64,000 nt of DNA from an uncultured virus (IMG/VR IMGVR_UViG_3300034284_002793). Its lineage: Duplodnaviria; Heunggongvirae; Uroviricota; Caudoviricetes. Shown one piece after another: positions 57,164-64,000 of this stretch (positions within the stretch are counted from its first letter, which is position 1; each line of letters begins with the position of its first letter). The position numbers were made by a program, and so were the translations under genes. The DNA lies in IMG/VR virus record IMGVR_UViG_3300034284_002793, positions 1-64,000 of that record, one strand, 5' to 3'. Below the pieces are notes generated by a model that saw nothing but the letters and a program-made list of their open reading frames with translations, was not told the origin of the DNA and searched no databases.

Positions 57164-58370
57164 AAACTTTTATTTCTGGTAATGGAATGATCCATTTGCC
57201 ATTAAAATTTTTATTTCTTTTTATTATTTCATCAATAAAAGTATACGCAAAGCATAGGATATAGTCTGGCGGATCTGTATTTAAAATTTCAGAATTTACT
57301 ATTGGTATATGATTATTTGGAGTAAAACATCCAACTTTTAAAGGCGCATCATCAATAATTAGTGGTATCTCAGACTTATTTATATTATAAAATGCCATAA
57401 GTGTATTTGCTTGGCCAGAAGCTCCATATCCATAAATTTTTTTATTTTCACTTTTGAGTCTAGATATCAAAGATTTAAGTTCAGCGCCAAGAGACTTTAC
57501 ATTATCAGAATAATCAAGATATGTATTGATATCATAAAGTTTTAAATCAATCTCCTCTTTTTCTAAAGATGATACGCTATCTTTAATTTCGTATGCTCCA
57601 TTATGGCAAATATAATAGCGTACAGATCCGCCGTGTATGTCAATATGTTTAACATCGAATATTGATAAATCAAACTGATCCATTAAATATTTCATAGCTT
57701 TAAGGCTATAATAATACATATGCTCATGATATATGAAAGGAAATTGAAAATTTTTAATAATATTTCCAAGCCAATGTACCTCTATAATCGCTACCCCTTC
57801 GCTAGATAATAATTTTTTAATTCCAAAAGTAACATCTTTAATATTTTCGATATGGGCAAAGCAGTTGCTGGCGCTTATAATATCTGCCGTTCCATGTTCA
57901 GAACTTATTTTATCTGCAAGGCTACTATTAAAGCATGTGTTATACAGTATAGTACCATCTGGTTGAAAGTTTTTTGCAACATTGCTTGGGTCTACGCCAA
58001 TAATTTTTTCATACTGTGTGCCTATCAGATTGCCAAGCATAGAAAAATCATTGCAACCAATTTCAACTATATTTTTATTATTTTTTGCTGACTTATATTC
58101 ATTTGCCATTTCACCAAAATGAATTTTAAGAGTATTTATTGATCCTGTTTTGTAGAAATAATCGCTAAATAAAACTTCTGGAGAAATTACTTCATTCACT
58201 TGGACTAAAGAGCTTTCTGGGCAAAAAGAGACTGTTAGCGGATATTTAGATTCTGTTTTACATGACCCTTCATCTTTTAAAAATCCACCAGCCAATGCCG
58301 TATCGAAAGAAAAAAATGTTATTAAATTTTTTGATTCAGAAATTCTGCAATGATTATATTTTTTATACAT
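57156..58370 (-). CDS. NDP-hexose C-methyltransferase
   Basis: EIGCND, GVDPS, N.FAH, IYHEH..YYSL, HGGS.R, YGASG. Confidence 0.9.
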   Translation of the reverse strand: MYKKYNHCRISESKNLITFFSFDTALAGGFLKDEGSCKTESKYPLTVSFCPESSLVQVNEVISPEVLFSDYFYKTGSINTLKIHFGEMANEYKSAKNNKNIVEIGCNDFSMLGNLIGTQYEKIIGVDPSNVAKNFQPDGTILYNTCFNSSLADKISSEHGTADIISASNCFAHIENIKDVTFGIKKLLSSEGVAIIEVHWLGNIIKNFQFPFIYHEHMYYYSLKAMKYLMDQFDLSIFDVKHIDIHGGSVRYYICHNGAYEIKDSVSSLEKEEIDLKLYDINTYLDYSDNVKSLGAELKSLISRLKSENKKIYGYGASGQANTLMAFYNINKSEIPLIIDDAPLKVGCFTPNNHIPIVNSEILNTDPPDYILCFAYTFIDEIIKRNKNFNGKWIIPLPEIKVYE

Positions 58371-59232
58371 AGGATCCTAGTGATATTTTTTGTCTAAATT
58401 GTTGAATTGAAATTCCTGCTTTTAACTGAAAGTTTTCTAAATTATTTTCATTTTTAAGTTCTTGTGGAAGCCTCTTCATTGAAGCAGAAGATGTGTGAAA
58501 AACAAAGGATTTATTTGAGCAAATATGTTTAAAGTTAAATCCGTGCAATTTCCATAGGTTGTAGGCAAACATATCATCGCGTCCGTACCCGCTACGAAAA
58601 GTCATATCCCATTCTCCAGAATATCCACCAATAGAGAGATAATCTTTGGATTTTACGCATATTGGGTGACAATATGATATGATCATTTTGTCTTGATTGT
58701 AAAGATTGTTACTCCATTTGCCAATGAATACGTTGTAGGTTTCAATAGAAATTTCTGATTTTAAATCTGTATCCACAACAACGCATGGGTTATTGCTGTA
58801 AAAATTTTCCACAAGCATACATGAAGATGATGCTGGGTAATTTTTTTCTATAATTTGAATCAGATCATCTGCAAAATCTAGACAAAAAAGCATATCATCA
58901 TTGGTGTTTAAAAAATATTCAGAATTCTCTATAAATGGCTTTAAATAATCTATTGCCAATACGCCTCTGTTTTCTGGAACAGCAACGAATGGTATTTTCA
59001 AATTTAAAAGAAAATCTATCGACTCTATATCGGCCTCATTTAAAACAACAGCAATCCCGTCTTTGCTAAAATCAAGGCTTTGCATTATTGAAAAAATACA
59101 ACCCTTTAAAAGATTTGGGTTATTCCAAGAGCATAATCCAACTAATAATCTTTTTTTATGCATATGTATCATTGTATATTGTTGGCGGCAATTGGCCAGA
59201 TTTTTTATAAAAATCTTTATTAATTTCAACAC
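58363..59232 (-). CDS. GT2-like glycosyltransferase
   Basis: ENRG, NDDM, IGGY..DD, VFH; true start probably near 59160. Confidence 0.75.
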   Translation of the reverse strand: MLKLIKIFIKNLANCRQQYTMIHMHKKRLLVGLCSWNNPNLLKGCIFSIMQSLDFSKDGIAVVLNEADIESIDFLLNLKIPFVAVPENRGVLAIDYLKPFIENSEYFLNTNDDMLFCLDFADDLIQIIEKNYPASSSCMLVENFYSNNPCVVVDTDLKSEISIETYNVFIGKWSNNLYNQDKMIISYCHPICVKSKDYLSIGGYSGEWDMTFRSGYGRDDMFAYNLWKLHGFNFKHICSNKSFVFHTSSASMKRLPQELKNENNLENFQLKAGISIQQFRQKISLGSYV

Positions 59233-59914
59233 AATTTTTTAAAGGATTCCAATTGTAAGAGCATGCGCCAAAATGTGCCTCTTGGTATTCTATTTTATTC
59301 TTGCTTCTCTCATTATTAAGCCAAGTCATATGTTTTACATGAATATTATTTTTAGGAATAATTATGCTAGAAAGCTGCTTATAATCTACAGGCGCTCCAT
59401 CTTTATTGCTATATAAAATATCATTATCCCAATAAAATTTATCAATAGTATAATTTTGATATGTTTTTTTGAATAATCTCGGCGGACAAAAACCATCTAT
59501 CCAAGATTTTTCATCAAATATATAATTTTTAAAATTAATTTTGGCCCAAGCAACCCAGCTAAAATCATCTCCATTTATAAAGTTTAGTAAACTTTCTATT
59601 TCTTTTTCTGTATAAAACTCATCTATATCTAAAATAAGAAACGTATCAGTGTTTGTATTTTGTTTTAAAAATTCCAATGGAACATTTCTAGCATTATGTT
59701 CGTTTACAATATTTTCATTATTATGAAATATATGACTATCTGGAATAAACTTGCTAAGCTCGTCTAGGCACGGTTTATTGTTTTGTTTTTGAAAATTTTC
59801 GAATTGAAAGCTGGCACATGCAGTTGGTATATTAAAATTCTTCCAAGGAGATAGGCATGGCTGCACATACTCTTCAAGGGCGTAAGCTGACAGTATAATG
59901 GCTAAATTTCTCAT
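59156..59914 (-). CDS. GT2-like glycosyltransferase
   Basis: E...RN, ILDIDEFY, PRLF. Confidence 0.75.
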   Translation of the reverse strand: MRNLAIILSAYALEEYVQPCLSPWKNFNIPTACASFQFENFQKQNNKPCLDELSKFIPDSHIFHNNENIVNEHNARNVPLEFLKQNTNTDTFLILDIDEFYTEKEIESLLNFINGDDFSWVAWAKINFKNYIFDEKSWIDGFCPPRLFKKTYQNYTIDKFYWDNDILYSNKDGAPVDYKQLSSIIIPKNNIHVKHMTWLNNERSKNKIEYQEAHFGACSYNWNPLKNCVEINKDFYKKSGQLPPTIYNDTYA

Positions 59915-60714
59915 ATATCTAATCCATGTTTGAAGTATTCGTCTTTAAAATCAGACTCTTGAGTGTTTAATACAACATCTCTTCCACTATAGCCTGACCA
60001 TTCGTTTTGCCAAAAATTTTTATTAATCTCTCCTCGCCTGCTTAAATCTTGATATCCGTAGTGGATAACAAATGGTATTTGTAATGTTTTTAGAATTTCT
60101 ATTGGAGATTTATGTTTAAAGTCTGGATGATGTGTAATATTTATAGATTTGCACAAATTGCCCAGTTCGTCTATTAGCTCGCAACCATCGCTTTTATCTT
60201 TATCAAATTTACCATCAGATCTTCTTGCAAAATTAACAATGCCTCTATGCATACCCTTTTTTCTATGGATATACCATTTTGTGCCTATATCTCTATAGTG
60301 ATTTTTATCCTTATAAAGGTTAATAACGGGAATCATAAAAGCATATCCATCTAAAATTATATCTTTATTGACCTTGATAAAGTTTTTCCAAATATTTGGA
60401 TCATTAATTCTTTCATCTCCGTCAAGTTGAACACATATATCATTTGAGCAATTTTGAAGGGCAATATTCTTTAGCTTTCCATCTTTAGCAAATGTTGTAG
60501 AATTTGCATCATAACTCATAAATACTTTAACTTTGCTATTGTTGTTTGCAATATTTTGTAATATGTCTTGTGTATTGTCTTCATTATCAGGTATTGTGGC
60601 AATACAAATCTCGTCAGCTAATTGAGAAAAATTTTCTATAGCAGAATTTATATCAAACTTATTCTTTTCTATATTGAACGCTGTTGTATAAATTGATATC
60701 ATAATTAATCCCAA
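59911..60714 (-). CDS. GT2-like glycosyltransferase
   Basis: ADEI, D.T, KN.AL..C, QLDGDE, HYGY. Confidence 0.8.
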   Translation of the reverse strand: MGLIMISIYTTAFNIEKNKFDINSAIENFSQLADEICIATIPDNEDNTQDILQNIANNNSKVKVFMSYDANSTTFAKDGKLKNIALQNCSNDICVQLDGDERINDPNIWKNFIKVNKDIILDGYAFMIPVINLYKDKNHYRDIGTKWYIHRKKGMHRGIVNFARRSDGKFDKDKSDGCELIDELGNLCKSINITHHPDFKHKSPIEILKTLQIPFVIHYGYQDLSRRGEINKNFWQNEWSGYSGRDVVLNTQESDFKDEYFKHGLDI

Positions 60715-61493
60715 TACTTAAAAACATGCGCTTTCCATCCTTCAGGGACTATATTATCACATTTTTTTGTAGATAAAATTTCTTTCCATTGATCTTCTGA
60801 AAATGGATAGTATGTATGTTTCATCCTGACATCTCCCGATACTATGCTAACAACCTTTGTATCAGTTCTATGCCTCCATACTGTTCCATCTTTTTCTTGG
60901 CGTACGCTCCATTTGCCACAATCTGCAAAAATAGGATAATTTTTACCATTATGGCTTATATAAATAGATTTATATTTTAAATTATTTTCTTTTATATAAT
61001 TTTGGATACACTCCTCGGTCCATTTGATTTCACTCCATGGGCCTGGACCACCAATACTCTTTGGTATTTTATTGTAGAATGATGGACTTATAAACTGAGC
61101 CCTTTCTGAATAGTTGCCATGTCCTTGGTTACCAGCAAGATCTATATAAGCGTACCTATCGTTTTCAATAAGTTTTACCATTGATTCAATAAAATTATCA
61201 TCAATTACTGCTAATTGAAGCTGGTCTACTTGTATATAGAATGCATAATCGGCAAAGGATTGAGCAAATAGCTGTATTGTTCCTGCGCCGCAACCATTAT
61301 TTCGGCTATTAACTATAAGATCATCTATTAACCCATCCTGCTTGAACTTCTCTGAATATCTCTCGGAAGATCCATTATCTAAATATGTAATTTTATAATC
61401 AAACTTAGAATTTGATCTTATACTATTTAATAAGTTTTTGGCTTCATCTGGCCTATTATAGTCAAGTATAAGATACTCAATAACATATTTCAT
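60705..61493 (-). CDS. GT2-like glycosyltransferase
   Basis: YNRP, LDNGS, N.G.G. Confidence 0.75.
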   Translation of the reverse strand: MKYVIEYLILDYNRPDEAKNLLNSIRSNSKFDYKITYLDNGSSERYSEKFKQDGLIDDLIVNSRNNGCGAGTIQLFAQSFADYAFYIQVDQLQLAVIDDNFIESMVKLIENDRYAYIDLAGNQGHGNYSERAQFISPSFYNKIPKSIGGPGPWSEIKWTEECIQNYIKENNLKYKSIYISHNGKNYPIFADCGKWSVRQEKDGTVWRHRTDTKVVSIVSGDVRMKHTYYPFSEDQWKEILSTKKCDNIVPEGWKAHVFKYWD

Positions 61494-61879
61494 GTAGTTA
61501 TTTTTAATCCAGTTTTCTTTTCTAACTTCTTAATTCTTTCTTTTCGTTCTTTTTGAACTACTTCTGGATGTTTTGCGCCATGCCTCTTTGCGGAATAGTC
61601 TTTATAATATTTTTTTCTAATAGGATCATTAAACCCGCCACGCTTTTCGCTTAATTCCCTAGAATAGTCCTGAATATCTCCTATGGTGCCTCTCATTTTT
61701 CCAGTCTTCTCTATAAAAGAGTTTTCAGAAGAAATATTTGTATCTATAGAGGCATTTGGAGAGTAGTAAATTCTTCTTAATTTTTTTCCATTGTGATAAT
61801 ATTCATGAACGTCATTCATGCCCTGAACTATATCATGAACTTCGCCACTATCATCATCAATGTAAGAATATATTGGCAT
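61490..61879 (-). CDS. FmdB-like protein lacking the Cys ligands
   Basis: MPIYSY N-terminus. Confidence 0.55.
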   Translation of the reverse strand: MPIYSYIDDDSGEVHDIVQGMNDVHEYYHNGKKLRRIYYSPNASIDTNISSENSFIEKTGKMRGTIGDIQDYSRELSEKRGGFNDPIRKKYYKDYSAKRHGAKHPEVVQKERKERIKKLEKKTGLKITT

Positions 61880-62100
61880 TATTTATAGTCTTTGCTATTT
61901 CTTATAATTTCACACTTTGGGGTAACTCTTCTCCAAGAGCCATCTGGCATAATTTTATAAGATCTATCAGAGTGTTTAATAAGATTTCCAGAGTTTTCTT
62001 TTAAGAAATCATTTCTAGTATGTTCAGCAAGTTTCTGCTTTAACTCCTCTTTATGCTTATTGTATTTTTGAATTTCTTTATTTTTACTTTTTGATCCCAT
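61879..62100 (-). CDS. small basic hypothetical protein
   Basis: Y..MPDGSWRR; coupled to neighbours. Confidence 0.65.
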   Translation of the reverse strand: MGSKSKNKEIQKYNKHKEELKQKLAEHTRNDFLKENSGNLIKHSDRSYKIMPDGSWRRVTPKCEIIRNSKDYK

Positions 62101-62101
62101 A

Positions 62102-63178
62102 TTATTTTATACTTTCTAGTATTTGACTGGTAGTTTTTTCCCAAGTAAATTCTTCTTGGAGTTTTAGCCCATTTTCATTTACAGGATTAGATTTTACCTT
62201 TTCGATTGCTGCATCACATGCGTCAATAAATTCACTTGATGAAAAATCAAAAATATTACCTTGATTAAATGGCTGACCCTCTCTAAAGAAAATATTATCA
62301 TATGCTGGAATTTTACCATTTGGAGTTACGCAAACAGAATTTTCTTCGTTCATCCAATCTTTATATCCATGAGCTTTTAGCCCAACGCAATGCTTTCCAA
62401 GAGCAACAGAAGTGAATTCTGGTAACCCCCATGTTTCACCACCAGACATAGCAATTATAATGTGATTTGCATTTAAAAATTTATTATAATCCGCGTTGTT
62501 GGGCATCCATGGCAGAAAATTGATATTAAAATAACTTTTACCCTCTAATGCCTGAGATATCATTGCGCTTTGATCTTCTGGCTTCAAGAAATTATTAAAA
62601 ATGGCACAATTTAAATAAACATCATGCCTATTTCCATATTTTTTTGCCCATGCATTTAAAATTTTGAGGTGATGCTTTCTTTTTTCTAGTTTTCCAGCCA
62701 GACCAAAGCATATTCGATTGTCAGGATAGTTAATATTTTCAATTTTAAATGTATTTGAATCAAAACCAAGGGGTATGGCCTTACAATTAATATCAAAATT
62801 AGAAAAAAGATTTGCGTAATGCTTTGATGGGACAAATACCATTTCTTGATTTTTCAAAATATTAAGCTCACGCGCAGTTGGGCTATCCAACTCATAAAAA
62901 GTATAGAGATATTGTTTTTCTGAAACACTTTCTAGACTTCCGGTAATATGCCATAATTTTAGAACAGGATTCTTTTTAGAATGGGTTTCTTCTGATTTAA
63001 TAGAGTTTGAAACAATCCAATTCACAAAATCATTTTCTGATTCAAGCATCGAATGATCAGGTTGACCTATATGAAATATAGATGGGTTTATTTGCTTTTT
63101 AAAAATCTCTCTAGCAATATTATTTGAACATTGACCCAAGCTAGTCTGATTGAATGGAAAATTTATAGCGAATTTCAT
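62102..63178 (-). CDS. GT4-like (GT-B) glycosyltransferase
   Basis: VPS, IPLGFD, GKLEKRK, S.GE.WGLP, FTWE. Confidence 0.85.
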   Translation of the reverse strand: MKFAINFPFNQTSLGQCSNNIAREIFKKQINPSIFHIGQPDHSMLESENDFVNWIVSNSIKSEETHSKKNPVLKLWHITGSLESVSEKQYLYTFYELDSPTARELNILKNQEMVFVPSKHYANLFSNFDINCKAIPLGFDSNTFKIENINYPDNRICFGLAGKLEKRKHHLKILNAWAKKYGNRHDVYLNCAIFNNFLKPEDQSAMISQALEGKSYFNINFLPWMPNNADYNKFLNANHIIIAMSGGETWGLPEFTSVALGKHCVGLKAHGYKDWMNEENSVCVTPNGKIPAYDNIFFREGQPFNQGNIFDFSSSEFIDACDAAIEKVKSNPVNENGLKLQEEFTWEKTTSQILESIK

Positions 63179-63210
63179 AAACGATAATATTTAAATGATT
63201 TGAAAAATCT

Positions 63211-63244
63211 AAAAAATAAAAGCCCAATTTTAGGTTGGGCTCTT
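63211..63244 (-). terminator. intrinsic terminator
   Basis: AGCCCAA/TTGGGCT stem followed by U-tract on the minus strand. Confidence 0.75.
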
Positions 63245-63267
63245 ATTTGATTTATAGATAGTTAGAA

Positions 63268-63558
63268 TTAAAACGGAATATCGTCTTGATTATCTACCTC
63301 TTGAGAACTCTCTGACTGTTGTGGCTTTTTAGCCTTCGATTCAGGTTTAAGATCCTCCGATAGGTCGGAGAGTGTCAATCGGTAATCAGGCTGGTTTGGC
63401 TTTGTCTTATTATTTTTAAAAATAAAAGCAGTATATTCGCCAGAACCAATCTTTACCTTTCCCGAAAGGAATTGTTTTCCATTTTTTTCTTTTTTCCAGA
63501 AGGCACCAACATCTGTTAGATCTGATGCATTATTACTTTTTTGCTTTGTATCGCTCAT
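63268..63558 (-). CDS. DUF736-like putative ssDNA-binding protein with SSB-type tail
   Basis: VGAFW....G..FLSG, F.N..K..QPDY, C-terminal DDIPF. Confidence 0.75.
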   Translation of the reverse strand: MSDTKQKSNNASDLTDVGAFWKKEKNGKQFLSGKVKIGSGEYTAFIFKNNKTKPNQPDYRLTLSDLSEDLKPESKAKKPQQSESSQEVDNQDDIPF

Positions 63559-63563
63559 AGTTT

Positions 63564-64000
63564 TTATACTATATCTAGATTTGATGTAGATTTCAATTTA
63601 TTTTTCAAAAATGAAATAAATTTGTCATGCCAGTTTACAACTGTCTGTGTAGAAACCCCAAAATGATCAGCTATTTCTTTGAAGGTTTTTACTTTATTGC
63701 CTTCAGTAAAATATCTCATTTTTATTACTTCCTTTGCTGTTTCGTCTGATGACATGCTGATTATATTTTTAATATGTGATAGTATATCATTATCTTTTGC
63801 CTGATATGAGGCCTCTTCATTAGAGTACTGATCAGCCAAATATTTTAAAACATCGCTGTCCATTGTTGATTCTTTTTTGTACTGATTGCATGCATTGAGA
63901 CATGCATAAGTTACAATATTACCAAGCCAAGTTGAAAACTTCGCGCCAAATGATGGATCGAATGTTTTAGCTGCTTGATAAATAAGCGAATCTTTTTGCT
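63564..64000 (-). CDS. sigma70-family RNA polymerase sigma factor (5'-truncated by the window)
   Basis: Frame stays open to the edge: AAKTFDPSFGAKFSTWL (region 2.3); region 4 HTH TFKEIADHFGVS.QTV. Confidence 0.9.
   Translation of the reverse strand, partial: QKDSLIYQAAKTFDPSFGAKFSTWLGNIVTYACLNACNQYKKESTMDSDVLKYLADQYSNEEASYQAKDNDILSHIKNIISMSSDETAKEVIKMRYFTEGNKVKTFKEIADHFGVSTQTVVNWHDKFISFLKNKLKSTSNLDIV

Noticed and set aside
7130..62004. Numerous 60-180-aa ORFs nested in or antisense to long genes
   Set aside because: Shadow frames of well-supported minus-strand genes with no independent signals.
1..64000. Stop-codon recoding
   Set aside because: Long ORFs are intact under the standard code, TAA/TAG/TGA all end genes, and no suppressor tRNA was seen.

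Overview
64 kb of an AT-rich large tailed-phage genome, nearly all on the minus strand. A PVC/Verrucomicrobia-like host is a weak inference from one small protein family. Left to right: (i) 1-6 kb, seven tRNAs, two HNH genes and small accessory ORFs; (ii) 6.6-27.4 kb, a lysis cassette and a large modular tail-fibre/LamG cluster; (iii) 27.5-28.5 kb, a tmRNA with six more tRNAs; (iv) 30.6-41.7 kb, a bacterial-type replisome (DnaE split into PHP and polymerase genes, DEDD exonuclease, ClpP, PD-(D/E)xK nuclease, DnaG, DnaB, RecA-like); (v) 49-63 kb, nucleotide metabolism (dUTPase, dCMP deaminase, class II RNR) and a nucleotide-sugar/glycosyltransferase cluster; (vi) a sigma factor cut by the window edge. 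The most unusual element is at 45.33-45.72 kb: a complete group I ribozyme core in its own non-coding unit, interrupting no gene, with candidate P1/IGS and P2 strands lying downstream of the terminal G, i.e. a candidate natural circularly permuted or trans-acting group I intron. Also notable: two unassigned structured ncRNAs (1.25-1.46 kb, 3.04-3.34 kb), a 34-residue tmRNA tag and two tRNAs with non-canonical long variable arms. All RNA structures were derived by eye, and protein calls rest on motif recognition, not searches.
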